From assembly GCA_026391595.1 (NCBI GenBank), contig JAPLDY010000152.1:1-56657 (forward strand): DNA of 56,657 nt. Direction: 5' to 3'. Below are positions 40,165 to 50,821 of this stretch, in pieces. Numbering within the stretch: position 1 is the first letter of the stretch; every line of letters begins with the position of its first letter. Both the position numbers and the translations under genes were made by a program. The DNA is from Bacteroidia bacterium (GTDB taxonomy: Bacteria > Bacteroidota > Bacteroidia > Bacteroidales > VadinHA17). The notes under the pieces were generated by a model, which saw only the letters and a list, made by a program, of their open reading frames with translations, was not told the origin of the DNA and made no database searches.

Positions 40165-41253
40165 TCAGGTTAAAGCTCCTTTCGCAATTCTTAAAAAGTT
40201 ACCTCCTGTAAAAGCTATTATATCATCTTTGGATAGTCCTATTGACAGCAGTTCGTTGATCAAGTCCGGCAGTGATGAGATTGAATCCCATCCATTTACT
40301 AACCTCGGAAGCCCCCCACTATCTGTCCCAAGTCCAATATGTTCAATTCCCAATCTGGTTTTCATCAGAGCAATTTCAACTGCCCAGCTCTTTAGAGTTG
40401 TTCTGGAATAATTTCCAAGTGTGTATCCAATAGGCATACTGCAAATCACACCTCCTGATTTTGCAATTAATTCCATTTCCGCCCAACTTCTTGCTCTGTT
40501 AGGAAATGTATTTTTCTCACCATCCGGGAATGGGGCTGTATGAGAATCCAGCAGAGGCAGCTTACTGATTTCGGCAATGCTCTTTAGTGTTTTGGTGGCT
40601 GAATGTGCAACATCGACAATCATTCCAGTTTCATTCATTTTTTCAACCATCCTGGTACCGAAAGCGGATAAAGGACCATCAGCTTTTGATTCCTGATTAA
40701 AGCCTATCTCATTATCTCGCTTATGCATGATTGTTATTAATCTTACGCCGTAATCATAAAATTTTTCAATATTTAATATATCACCTTCTAAAGCGTCACC
40801 TCCTTCAATTGCCATTATCGCTCCAAAAAGGTATTCTTTCCCTTCGGGGAATACGAGATCAGAATTTTTCCTGATTATACGCAGTATCTTTTTTTCTTCA
40901 TAGTTATTTATCCTGTTAAGTTGATCCATTGCATCCGCGAAATAGTTTTTAGAAGGATTATCGGAAAGTTGTCTGTCTCCGACCGCTGCAAATACAGAGG
41001 CTACCAAACCGGCATTTCTCATCCGGTCAACTGTAGAGGTCGTTTTTAAGTGTCTTATTTTTCCGTTTAAAAAATATGGATAAGCGTTAAGATTGTACGG
41101 ATGGGAATGTGCATCCATAGCTTTGATCCCATAAAATGGTAATGTATTTTTAATATCTGACGGGGTCGTTATAAAACTATCAGATAAAGTTCTGCTAAGG
41201 GGCAATGTAATACCCACTGCCAGACAACTCTTGAGAAAATCCTTACGGTTCAT
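40165..41253 (-). CDS. Membrane dipeptidase (M19), probably Tat-exported
   Basis: MNRKDFLK Tat-like signal, DAHSH, AIEGGD, VDVAH, DSHT, IGLGTD. Confidence 0.85.
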   Translation of the reverse strand: MNRKDFLKSCLAVGITLPLSRTLSDSFITTPSDIKNTLPFYGIKAMDAHSHPYNLNAYPYFLNGKIRHLKTTSTVDRMRNAGLVASVFAAVGDRQLSDNPSKNYFADAMDQLNRINNYEEKKILRIIRKNSDLVFPEGKEYLFGAIMAIEGGDALEGDILNIEKFYDYGVRLITIMHKRDNEIGFNQESKADGPLSAFGTRMVEKMNETGMIVDVAHSATKTLKSIAEISKLPLLDSHTAPFPDGEKNTFPNRARSWAEMELIAKSGGVICSMPIGYTLGNYSRTTLKSWAVEIALMKTRLGIEHIGLGTDSGGLPRLVNGWDSISSLPDLINELLSIGLSKDDIIAFTGGNFLRIAKGALT

Positions 41254-41393
41254 TTCTCTAAGTTATTGTATTAATATGAATTATAGACGTTATGGTGCGA
41301 TCTTTTTAAAAGCGGAGATTTTAATTCTGGAATCGGATGAAGCATAAAGGCCTACAGGCATAAACGTCTTGCTTAGTCCATCCTATCAGGCTT

Positions 41394-41960
41394 CTACGAC
41401 CGCAGTATCTCGATCATCTCTGTAATAGCCTCTGTTTCTGTCGTATTTTTAACCGGAGATAAACCCAGCAGCGATCTGGCCTTGTTGAGGTCTTCACCTG
41501 TAACGAAATCCTTACCTATTAATATATAGTATAATATTGCTGATTTCAGGGTGTTCGCTTTTATCCTGAAAGAGTGAGGGCTAAGCCTTGCGGGGAAAAT
41601 ATGAACAAACTTTTTTTCATCATTGTGGTACTTAAGCATCCATAGCGATGTGTCTGATAACGCGATTGTTTTAAAGTCATCTATCTTAATTCCGGCCCAT
41701 CCGGAGAAGATATTTATTTCATCCAACTTTTCTGAATGCAGGAATTCTCTAATCTCTTTGCATATATCTTCAACAGATAATGACCCGGAATAGACATCCA
41801 TCACTGATGAACCGATATGCTTCAGTTCCTTTACAATATTCTTAATGTCAGTCTTCTTTTCTTCTGGCCAGCGGTCAGCAATAAATCCCTTAATAAAAAA
41901 AAGATGATGCTTAAGCGGATTAAACTGGAAAGGCCCGGAAATATTCTGCACCATGTTCAT
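41394..41960 (-). CDS. Conserved hypothetical protein
   Basis: 188-aa ORF with FNPLKHH, DVYSG and HIFPAR blocks; no function recognised. Confidence 0.65.
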   Translation of the reverse strand: MNMVQNISGPFQFNPLKHHLFFIKGFIADRWPEEKKTDIKNIVKELKHIGSSVMDVYSGSLSVEDICKEIREFLHSEKLDEINIFSGWAGIKIDDFKTIALSDTSLWMLKYHNDEKKFVHIFPARLSPHSFRIKANTLKSAILYYILIGKDFVTGEDLNKARSLLGLSPVKNTTETEAITEMIEILRS

Positions 41961-42105
41961 TTAATGACAAATTTATAAATTCATTGGTATATAAATCCAC
42001 TAATAAGCAATTTGAAATATACCTTAATATTGGTAGATTTATTCACAGTAATCGTTTATATTCATGAAGATTTTAAACCTGTTTTACTGAACCTATCCTG
42101 TTTTA

Positions 42106-44160
42106 ATGAAAATGTATGTTCTACAACCTGTTTTGGCCATAGTGATTATTCTTTTCTCATTTTGCGGAAGGAAAGATAAAATTACAGTTGTATCCGGACA
42201 GCTCTCTCCAAGGGAAGAATATGGAGTGGAAAAGCTTGTCGGGGCTCTGAACAATAACGGGTATGAGGTTGAAATATCGGATAAGAAGGCAGGAGAAACT
42301 GAAAAACAAGTCATTGTCGGATCATTGAAAAGCAAGCTTCTTGAGGAATTTGCACAATCAAACAGATCATCTGACACATTGGCAAAGGAAGGTTTTATTC
42401 TTCTGTCATCAGGGAATACAATATATGCTGCAGGAGCTGACAACAGCGGTACGTTATATGCTTGCCTGGAGCTGACTGAACGGCTGGGCAAAAAGGGCCG
42501 TCTGCCCAAAAAGATAAATTTCTCAGACCAGCCTGATATGATGATGCGCGGAACCTGCATAGGACTGCAGAAAACAGTTTACCTGCCTGGCCGAAAGGTT
42601 TATGAATATCCATATACACCGGAAAATTTTCCCTGGTTTTACGACAAGGATCTCTGGATAAAGTATCTGGACATGATGGCCGGTAACCGGTTCAATTCCC
42701 TTTATCTCTGGAATGGACACCCATTCGCTTCCCTTGTTAAGCTTGAATATTATCCTTATGCAGTGGAAGTTGATGAGGAGACTTTTAAAAAGAATGAGGA
42801 AGTATTTTCATTCCTTACTGAAGAAGCTGATAAACGAGGTATCTTTGTCATCCAGATGTTTTACAACATCATTGTTTCCAAACCTTTTGCCGAACATAAC
42901 AACCTGAAAACACAGGACCGCAGCCGGCCGATAATACCGATCATTTCTGATTATACCCGAAAGTCCATTACTGCATTTATTGAGAAATATCCGAATGTGG
43001 GCCTGTTGATTACACTTGGAGAGGCAATGAACACTATTGATGATGATGTTAAATGGTTCACAGAAACTATTCTTCCCGGAGTAAAAGACGGACTTAAAGC
43101 TTTGGGTCGTACCGATGAACCCCCCGTTGTGCTGCGTGGTCACGATACCGATGCCAGCCGCGTTATGAAAGCTGCACTGCCTATATACAAGAACCTGTAC
43201 ACAATGTTCAAATACAACGGTGAATCCCTTACAACATATGAACCGAGGGATACCTGGGAAAAAATTCCGAAAGGATTGTCAGAGCTGGGCACAGTGCATA
43301 TTTCAAATGTGCACATCATGGCTAACCTGGAACCTTTCCGGTATGGCTCGCCTGATTTCATTCAGAAATGCGTCAGGGCGATGATCCGGGTGCAGGGAGC
43401 CAAAGGTTTGCATCTCTATCCGCAGGCATCATACTGGGACTGGCCCTACAGTGCCGACAAAACAGAACCACGTCTTCTTGAAATGGACCGCGACTGGATC
43501 TGGTACACAGCCTGGGGCCGGTATGCATGGAATTGCCACCGTGATAAAGACAGCGAAAATATATTCTGGAAAGACCGGCTGGGAGACTTTTATGGAAACG
43601 GAAAAGAAGGGAAGAATATACTTGAAGCCTATGAACAAACAGGCGAAATCGCTCCTAAAGAAACCCCGCCTCAGATTATAGAAGATGTCGTTACCCGGGG
43701 CTGTCTGGCAGTAGAAGCTATTGAAAAAGCCAAAAGATCGGTCGATGACAACAAGGAGGAATTTGGCAGGCTTAAAAATGATATTTTTTGCTACAACGCT
43801 TTTGCAAATTGCTTTTCTGAAAAGGTAAAGGCTTCCATGCTGGTGCTGCGCTATCAATATTCAAAAGATATCACTGACCTTGAGAATGCTGTTCCATACT
43901 TAAGAAAAAGCCTGGAATATTACGAAAAACTTGTTCAGCTGACTGAAAACAGTTACCTCTACGCCAACAGTATGCAGACTGCCCAGCGCAAAATCCCTAT
44001 CAGAGGAACAGATGGTACATACAAGACATGGAAAGAGATGCTGCCTCAATACGGTAAAGAGCTGGATAACTTCATCAGTAATATCGATACGCTAAAGTCA
44101 GACACTTCTACTGTAACAAGATTATACGATTTAACTTCAATTGACTCACTCTTCTATTGA
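42106..44160 (+). CDS. GH138-like alpha-galacturonidase (apparent internal deletion)
   Basis: VYEYPYTPENFPWFYDK, YLWNGHPFASLV, HLYPQASYWDWPY blocks, as I recall them from the B. thetaiotaomicron RG-II GH138 enzyme. Confidence 0.7.
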   Translation: MKMYVLQPVLAIVIILFSFCGRKDKITVVSGQLSPREEYGVEKLVGALNNNGYEVEISDKKAGETEKQVIVGSLKSKLLEEFAQSNRSSDTLAKEGFILLSSGNTIYAAGADNSGTLYACLELTERLGKKGRLPKKINFSDQPDMMMRGTCIGLQKTVYLPGRKVYEYPYTPENFPWFYDKDLWIKYLDMMAGNRFNSLYLWNGHPFASLVKLEYYPYAVEVDEETFKKNEEVFSFLTEEADKRGIFVIQMFYNIIVSKPFAEHNNLKTQDRSRPIIPIISDYTRKSITAFIEKYPNVGLLITLGEAMNTIDDDVKWFTETILPGVKDGLKALGRTDEPPVVLRGHDTDASRVMKAALPIYKNLYTMFKYNGESLTTYEPRDTWEKIPKGLSELGTVHISNVHIMANLEPFRYGSPDFIQKCVRAMIRVQGAKGLHLYPQASYWDWPYSADKTEPRLLEMDRDWIWYTAWGRYAWNCHRDKDSENIFWKDRLGDFYGNGKEGKNILEAYEQTGEIAPKETPPQIIEDVVTRGCLAVEAIEKAKRSVDDNKEEFGRLKNDIFCYNAFANCFSEKVKASMLVLRYQYSKDITDLENAVPYLRKSLEYYEKLVQLTENSYLYANSMQTAQRKIPIRGTDGTYKTWKEMLPQYGKELDNFISNIDTLKSDTSTVTRLYDLTSIDSLFY

Positions 44161-44191
44161 AGCTTATAATTATAAACATAACAATGATCAA

Positions 44192-45445
44192 ATGTATTCT
44201 GATTCAAAAACCCAATTCCATAAAACCATCAACCACAGGCAGCCTGACAGAGTAGTAGTCGACTTCGGTGCGACGACTGTCACGGGCATTCATATTCTTA
44301 TAGTTGAAAAACTCAGGGAATATTATGGTTTGAAAAAAAAGCCCATTAAGGTAATCGAACCTTACCAGATGCTGGGTGAGTTGGATGAAGAGCTGATCAG
44401 AGAGATGGGAATTGATGTAATTGGTCTTTTCGGGGAGAAGAACATGTTCGGCATAAGCAACACGGACTGGAAAGTTCATAAGACATTCTGGGGGCAGGAA
44501 GTGCTCTTCCCCGGCGGCTTCAACTATACATATAATAATAATGGCGACATTCTGATGTATCCTGAGGGGGATATGACCGCCAGTCCAAGTTCAATGATGC
44601 CGAAATCCGGATTCTTCTTTGATGCGATAGAAAGGCAGGAACCGATCGATGTCACAACACTGAAGGTTGAGGATAACCTGGAGGAATTCGGACTCGTGAC
44701 AGACGAGAATCTGGAGTACTGGAAAAAGCAGGTTGAAGCGACGGATACTGATTCTAAAGCAGTTGTAGCCACCCTGGGGGGAACCGCACTTGGTGATATT
44801 GCGCTTGTTCCGGCTGTTGGACTGAAGAAGCCAAAAGGCATAAGGAGTGTAGCCGAATGGTACATGTCCACACTGACAAGAGAGGATTTTATGAAGGAGC
44901 TCTACAGCAGGCAGACAGACATTGCAATTGAGAATCTGAAAAAGTTTTATAGTGTAATCGGGAACAAAATAGATGCTGCATTCATATGCGGAACCGATTT
45001 CGGAACCCAGAATTCAACATTCTGTTCACCTGAAGCTTACGCAGAAGTATGGCTTCCATACTATAAAAAGGTGAATGACTGGATCCATCTGAACACAAAA
45101 TGGAAGACCTTCAAACATTCATGCGGAGCCATAGAATCATTTATGGATCTTTTTATTGAATCAGGCTTTGACATTATAAATCCTGTCCAGATAAATGCTT
45201 CAGGAATGGATCCGAAACTGCTCAAAAATAAATATGGCGACAGGATAATTTTTTGGGGAGGAGGCGTGGATACCCAGGGTGTTTTCCAGTTCGGAACGGC
45301 CGAACAGGTGAAGGAGCAGGTCAGGCGTCAGTGTGAAATATTTAACAATAAAGGAGGATTTGTTTTCAGTACCGTACATAATATCCAGGCCAATGTGCCT
45401 TTTGAAAATGTGGTTGCAATGCTTGAAGCTTTAAAGGAATTATGA
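44192..45445 (+). CDS. URO-D / cobalamin-dependent methyltransferase (MtaA/CmuA-like) family protein
   Basis: CGTDFGTQ, FKHSCG, INPVQ, FWGGGVDTQ, VHNIQANVP. Confidence 0.85.
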   Translation: MYSDSKTQFHKTINHRQPDRVVVDFGATTVTGIHILIVEKLREYYGLKKKPIKVIEPYQMLGELDEELIREMGIDVIGLFGEKNMFGISNTDWKVHKTFWGQEVLFPGGFNYTYNNNGDILMYPEGDMTASPSSMMPKSGFFFDAIERQEPIDVTTLKVEDNLEEFGLVTDENLEYWKKQVEATDTDSKAVVATLGGTALGDIALVPAVGLKKPKGIRSVAEWYMSTLTREDFMKELYSRQTDIAIENLKKFYSVIGNKIDAAFICGTDFGTQNSTFCSPEAYAEVWLPYYKKVNDWIHLNTKWKTFKHSCGAIESFMDLFIESGFDIINPVQINASGMDPKLLKNKYGDRIIFWGGGVDTQGVFQFGTAEQVKEQVRRQCEIFNNKGGFVFSTVHNIQANVPFENVVAMLEALKEL

Positions 45446-45448
45446 AAT

Positions 45449-45520
45449 ACCCCCTTCCCAGCCTTCCCCCAAGGGGGCAGGAGCTAAGCTTTCCCCCCTG
45501 GGGGGAATAAGAAAGGGGGT
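45449..45520. repeat. REP-like palindromic element, copy B
   Basis: ACCCCCTTCCCAGCCTTCCCCCAAGGGGG...TTTCCCCCCTGGGGGGAATAAGAAAGGGGGT. Confidence 0.85.
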
Positions 45521-45556
45521 CTTTTATCAAAAAAATTGAGCTTACTAAATATTCAA

Positions 45557-46954
45557 ATGGTTAACAATAAATACAACTGGAGTTACTTACTTTCTATCAG
45601 CCTGGTGTCGGCGATGGGAGGACTTCTTTTCGGATACGACTGGGTAGTGATAGGTGGTGCCAAACCTTTTTATGAACCATTTTTCGGAATAGCCGGAAAT
45701 CCTGCCGTTCAGGGCTGGGCAATGAGCTGTGCGCTGGTCGGATGCCTTGCCGGTGCAGTTATCTCAGGCTGGCTGAGCGACAGGTATGGCAGAAAAAAAC
45801 TTCTGCTGCTTTCAGCTGCTCTGTTCATAATTGCATCGATGGGGACAGGATCGGCAGATTCATTTGCGGCTTTTATAATCTTCAGGATAACAGGAGGCAT
45901 AGGAATTGGTCTTGCTTCGAACCTGTCGCCAATGTATATAGCCGAAATCACTCCCGGCAGCGTAAGAGGACGTTTTGTATCACTTAACCAGCTGACAATA
46001 GTTGTCGGGATACTTGCGGCGCAGCTGATAAACTGGAGAATAGCCAGACCTGTTTCAGCGGAGTCAACGGTTTCTGATATACTGGTATCATGGAACGGGC
46101 AGATGGGATGGAGATGGATGTTTTATGCATGTACTGTCCCGGCAGGGCTCTTCTTCATTTTGATGTGGTTTGTGCCTGAAAGCCCAAGATGGCTGGCGAA
46201 GAAACCGGATAATAACCTGAAAGCACAAAAAATCCTTTCCAGGATAGGAGGAGATGAATATGCTGCCTGTGAACTTGCCTCAATCAAAGAATCGCTGAAT
46301 GCATCTTCAGAAAAAGCAGATCTCAGGTTCCTTAAAAAACCAGGAATTTCCAGATTGCTGATAATAGGGATCATAATTGCAATATTCCAGCAATGGTGCG
46401 GAATAAACGTTATCTTCAACTACGCCCAGGAGATATTCTCAAATGCCGGATACAGTGTTTCAGACATCCTGTTCAATATTGTCATAACCGGAAGCGTGAA
46501 TCTCATTTTCACTTTTATCGGAATGTTTGCAGTTGACAGGCTTGGTAGGAAGGCACTTATGCTTATCGGAGCAGGAGGACTAGCGGTTATTTTTGCAATA
46601 ATCGGGAGCATGTATTTCTTTCATATTCAGGGAATTCCTTTATTGATTATGGTTGTGATTGCAATTGCCTGCTACGCCATGACACTTGCCCCGGTAACAT
46701 GGGTTCTGCTCTCAGAGATCTTTCCGAACAGGATCCGCGGATTTGCAATGTCTGTAGCAACATTTGCCTTGTGGGCTGCCTGCTTTGTACTGACATACAC
46801 TTTCCCGATACTAAACCAGGTGCTAAAAGCTTCCGGAACATTCTGGATTTACGGATTCATCTGTATTTTAGGCTTCTGGTTTATATTGAAAAAGCTACCC
46901 GAAACGAAAGGCAAATCACTGGAAGAGATTGAAAATGAATTAACTGGTAAATAA
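45557..46954 (+). CDS. Sugar porter family MFS transporter (XylE/AraE-like)
   Basis: GGLLFGYD, SDRYGRK, PESPRWL, PETKGKSLEEIE. Confidence 0.95.
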   Translation: MVNNKYNWSYLLSISLVSAMGGLLFGYDWVVIGGAKPFYEPFFGIAGNPAVQGWAMSCALVGCLAGAVISGWLSDRYGRKKLLLLSAALFIIASMGTGSADSFAAFIIFRITGGIGIGLASNLSPMYIAEITPGSVRGRFVSLNQLTIVVGILAAQLINWRIARPVSAESTVSDILVSWNGQMGWRWMFYACTVPAGLFFILMWFVPESPRWLAKKPDNNLKAQKILSRIGGDEYAACELASIKESLNASSEKADLRFLKKPGISRLLIIGIIIAIFQQWCGINVIFNYAQEIFSNAGYSVSDILFNIVITGSVNLIFTFIGMFAVDRLGRKALMLIGAGGLAVIFAIIGSMYFFHIQGIPLLIMVVIAIACYAMTLAPVTWVLLSEIFPNRIRGFAMSVATFALWAACFVLTYTFPILNQVLKASGTFWIYGFICILGFWFILKKLPETKGKSLEEIENELTGK

Positions 46955-46968
46955 AAAGGTTTTAAAGG

Positions 46969-49803
46969 ATGAAGAAATATTTAGTCTTACTTCTTTTTGT
47001 AGCAGGCTGTTCAGGCAGGATCCCGGAAGAACGTCAAAGCCTGTTACTTGCAGGAGAATGGAATTTCCGGATAGATTCTCTCGATCAGGGCATTCAAAAT
47101 GAATGGTACAATACAATTTTTGATGAGAAAGTCAAGCTTCCGGGTTCGATGGCGGAAAACGGAAAAGGGGACGAAGTCAGCCTTAAAACCAAATGGACAG
47201 GAGATATTATTGACAGATCATATTTCACTGATAAGAAATATGAGAAATACCGTCAGCCGGGTAATATTAAGATCCCCTTCTGGCTGAAACCGGTAAAATA
47301 TTATAAAGGTGTTGCATGGTACCAGAAAGAGGTAGTTGTTCCTGATGAATGGAAAGGGAAAAGGATAGTTCTTCATCTTGAAAGATGCCACTGGGAATCG
47401 ACATTGTTTGTAAATGGTAAAAAAGCCGGAACTCAAAACAGCCTTTCGACACCTCATGAATATGAAATTACCGATCTGCTTCTACCGGGTAAGAATATAT
47501 TAAGCATCCGTATTGATAACCGCGTGATAATTCCGATTGGCGTTAATTCGCACAGTATAAGCGATCATACGCAATCCAACTGGAATGGGATTACCGGGAA
47601 TATTTCCCTTTATGCTACTTCTCTGGTATATATTGATGAAATAAAAGTATTCCCAGATATTGAGAATAGTACAGCTAAAGTAATCGTCAGGATAAAGAAC
47701 AGCAGTAAACATGAATTTAAAGGCAAACTATCGTTTCAGGCTACAAGTGCTAACAGTAAGCAAAACATTAATCAGCTCCGCAAAAAAATAAAGGTTGCAA
47801 CGAAATCTGAAGAACAGCAGCTAATTCTGACATATTATATGCGGAATCCATGGTTCTGGAGTGAGTTCAAACCGATTTATTATAACATGACCGTAAGCCT
47901 TTCAGGAAAGAAAAGGAACGTGATTGATCAGCGGTCGGTCGATTTTGGTATGCGTGAGTTCAAAACAAACGGAACCCGGTTTGAGATAAACGGTAATCCG
48001 GTTTTTCTAAGGGGAACAACGGAATGCTGTATTTTCCCGCTGACAGGTTACCCTCCTGCAGATGTTGAATCATGGACAAGAGTTTTGCAGACCTGCAAGG
48101 ATTATGGATTGAATCATATCAGGTTCCATTCATTTTGTCCTCCCGAAGCGGCTTTCGTTGCTGCTGACAAGCTTGGCATTTATTTCCATATCGAATGTGG
48201 CTCGTGGGCCAACCAGGGAAGCTCAATAGGCAACGGGGGACCTGTCGATCAGTTCATTTATGATGAAAGCAACAGAATAATAAATGAATATGGTAGTCAT
48301 CCTTCTTTCTGTATGCTTGCTTACGGCAATGAACCGGCAGGAAGAAACCAGGGAGAATTCCTTGGTAAATTAATAACATATTGGAAGTCAATAGATAACA
48401 GAAGAGTCTACACTTCTGCTGCGGGCTGGCCTATCATCCCGGAAAATGATTATAATGTTCATTCCCAGCCAAGGATACAGCACTGGGGCGAAGGATTGAA
48501 AAGCATAATAAACGCAGAACCTCCACAGACGATGTTCGATTACAGGGATTTCGTTTCAAAATATGAAGTTCCGACAGTGAGCCATGAGATAGGCCAATGG
48601 TGCGTCTACCCTGATTTTAAGGAGATAGAAAAATATACAAGCGTTTTAAAACCAACAAACTTTGAAATATTCCGCGAAACTCTTAACGAAAACGGCATGG
48701 GCGATCAGGCTGAAGATTTCCTGATGGCTTCCGGGAAACTTCAGGTTCTTTGTTATAAGGCTGATATTGAAGCAGCATTGCGGACACCGGGCTTTGGCGG
48801 TTTTGAACTCCTTCAGCTTCATGATTTCCCGGGGCAGGGGAGTGCTCTTGTAGGCGTTCTTAATCCATTCTTTGAATCCAAAGGATATGTGACCCCTGAA
48901 GAATTCAGGATGTTTTGCAATGAAACAGTTCCCCTTGCCAGAATGAAGAAGATGACCTGGATTGGTGGAGAAACATTTGAGGCAATGGTTGAGGTTACGC
49001 ATTTCGGTCCGGAGCCCATGATGGATGCAAAAATTCTGTGCAGGATCATTAATTCTGAAGGCTCTGTTTTGCGTGAAGAGACCATGACCATGGATGAAAT
49101 TAAGATCGGGAATAATATAATTGGCGTATTTGCATGCGACCTGGACGATGTCGAGAAAGCTGAGAAGATAAAACTTGAGTTATCAATTCCAGGGACATCA
49201 TTCAAAAACAAGTGGGACTTATGGGTATATCCAGCGAACTCTACCACTGATGGAGGCGGTGTACTTGTCACCGATAAGTTCGACAATAATACTAATGAGA
49301 CTCTCAGAAAAGGGGGATCAGTTTTACTGCTTACTTGCGGCAAAGTCTCAGAAAAGAGGGGAGCAAAAGTTGCTATGGGCTTCTCAAGCATTTTCTGGAA
49401 CACTGCATGGACAAACAACCAGCCACCTCATACTTTAGGTATTTTATGTGATCCAAAACATCCTGTTTTTAAAGATTTCCCAACAGAGTTCCACAGCAAT
49501 TGGCAATGGTGGGATCCTGTTACCCATTCGCAGGCTATGATCCTGGATGGTTTTCCATCAGATCTGAAACCACTTATCCAGCCGATAGACACCTGGTTTG
49601 AGAACCGGAGACTGGCACTTGCATTTGAGGCAAAATGCGGCAATGGCAAGCTAATGGTCTGCAGTATAAATATGACAGATAGTTTGGATCAGCGGCCAGT
49701 AACAAAACAGCTTCTCAGCTCAATGTTGAATTATATGAACAGCGATTCTTTTAGTCCGAAGACTGAAATAGAAATAAGACAGATAAAAAAGATTTTAAAA
49801 TAA
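46969..49803 (+). CDS. Glycoside hydrolase family 2 lipoprotein
   Basis: VAGC lipobox, FGMREF, NHIRFHS, HPSF...GNEP, VSHEIGQW. Confidence 0.88.
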   Translation: MKKYLVLLLFVAGCSGRIPEERQSLLLAGEWNFRIDSLDQGIQNEWYNTIFDEKVKLPGSMAENGKGDEVSLKTKWTGDIIDRSYFTDKKYEKYRQPGNIKIPFWLKPVKYYKGVAWYQKEVVVPDEWKGKRIVLHLERCHWESTLFVNGKKAGTQNSLSTPHEYEITDLLLPGKNILSIRIDNRVIIPIGVNSHSISDHTQSNWNGITGNISLYATSLVYIDEIKVFPDIENSTAKVIVRIKNSSKHEFKGKLSFQATSANSKQNINQLRKKIKVATKSEEQQLILTYYMRNPWFWSEFKPIYYNMTVSLSGKKRNVIDQRSVDFGMREFKTNGTRFEINGNPVFLRGTTECCIFPLTGYPPADVESWTRVLQTCKDYGLNHIRFHSFCPPEAAFVAADKLGIYFHIECGSWANQGSSIGNGGPVDQFIYDESNRIINEYGSHPSFCMLAYGNEPAGRNQGEFLGKLITYWKSIDNRRVYTSAAGWPIIPENDYNVHSQPRIQHWGEGLKSIINAEPPQTMFDYRDFVSKYEVPTVSHEIGQWCVYPDFKEIEKYTSVLKPTNFEIFRETLNENGMGDQAEDFLMASGKLQVLCYKADIEAALRTPGFGGFELLQLHDFPGQGSALVGVLNPFFESKGYVTPEEFRMFCNETVPLARMKKMTWIGGETFEAMVEVTHFGPEPMMDAKILCRIINSEGSVLREETMTMDEIKIGNNIIGVFACDLDDVEKAEKIKLELSIPGTSFKNKWDLWVYPANSTTDGGGVLVTDKFDNNTNETLRKGGSVLLLTCGKVSEKRGAKVAMGFSSIFWNTAWTNNQPPHTLGILCDPKHPVFKDFPTEFHSNWQWWDPVTHSQAMILDGFPSDLKPLIQPIDTWFENRRLALAFEAKCGNGKLMVCSINMTDSLDQRPVTKQLLSSMLNYMNSDSFSPKTEIEIRQIKKILK

Positions 49804-49810
49804 TGTAATG

Positions 49811-49919
49811 AACCCTTCCCCCGGCCCCTTCCCTTATAATTAAGGGCAGGGGAGTGATTCTTGCTTTATCAGTACAGTTTACTTTCCCTTATGCTTAAGA
49901 GAAGGGTTAGGGTAGGGTT
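49811..49919. repeat. REP-like composite palindrome
   Basis: AACCCTTCCCCCGGCCCCTTCCCTTA..TAAGGGCAGGGG ... GAAGGGTTAGGGTAGGGTT. Confidence 0.65.
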
Positions 49920-50007
49920 AAGAAAAAGACATTGAGTTAAATAGTTTTTCTGCTTACCTTAGTAAATTATATCAACCACGATCTATTAACCTTAAAACGA
50001 GTTAACC

Positions 50008-50811
50008 ATGACATTAATAATTGTCGGAATTTTCGTACTTCTTGCTGCTGCTTCCATTGTGCAGATTGAGCCCGGAATGGTAGGGGTGAAAAAGCTTTTT
50101 GGGAAAGTGAGCAATAATACACTCGAAAGCGGATTGAATCTGATCAATCCTCTGGCCAAGGTGGTTACGTTCGACATTAAAACAGAGAATTATACCATGT
50201 CGGGGGTGCAGGATGAAGGTACTGTACAGAGGGATGACGCTATACATGTTTTATCAGCAGATGGGCTGGATGTCATTGTTGATCTTACTGTGCTGTACAA
50301 AGTTATCCCGTCGGAGGCGCCAAGGATACTCAAAGAGATAGGAACGGATTACAAGAATGTTATTGTTCGTCCTGTCTGCAGGACAGGGATCAGGGACAAT
50401 GCCGTATATTATGATGCTGTTTCACTGTTCTCATCAAAAAGAGAAGAATTCCAGGACCGCATCTTCAAATCAATTGAATCCAATTTCAGGGATAGAGGAT
50501 TGATGCTTGAACAGCTGTTAGTCAGAAACCTCACACTGCCCGAATCAGTCAAAGCTGCTATCGAATCAAAGATCAATGCTGAACAGGAGGCGCAAAAAAT
50601 GACATTTATTTTACAAAAAGAAAGACAGGAAGCAGAAAGGAAAAGGGTTGAAGCACAGGGTATTGCCGATTATCAGAAAATACTGAGCTCCGGACTGAGC
50701 GACAGGCTTCTCCAGTATGAGATGATAAAGGCTATTTCAGCTTCACCAAATGCCAAGTTAATAATAATGACAAATGATAAGGGGCTGCCGATAATGGTGG
50801 ATACCAAATAA
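50008..50811 (+). CDS. SPFH/prohibitin (Band 7) family protein
   Basis: N-terminal TM, AIESKINAEQEA, EAERKRVEAQG coiled coil. Confidence 0.92.
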   Translation: MTLIIVGIFVLLAAASIVQIEPGMVGVKKLFGKVSNNTLESGLNLINPLAKVVTFDIKTENYTMSGVQDEGTVQRDDAIHVLSADGLDVIVDLTVLYKVIPSEAPRILKEIGTDYKNVIVRPVCRTGIRDNAVYYDAVSLFSSKREEFQDRIFKSIESNFRDRGLMLEQLLVRNLTLPESVKAAIESKINAEQEAQKMTFILQKERQEAERKRVEAQGIADYQKILSSGLSDRLLQYEMIKAISASPNAKLIIMTNDKGLPIMVDTK

Positions 50812-50821
50812 GTAAAAAAAT

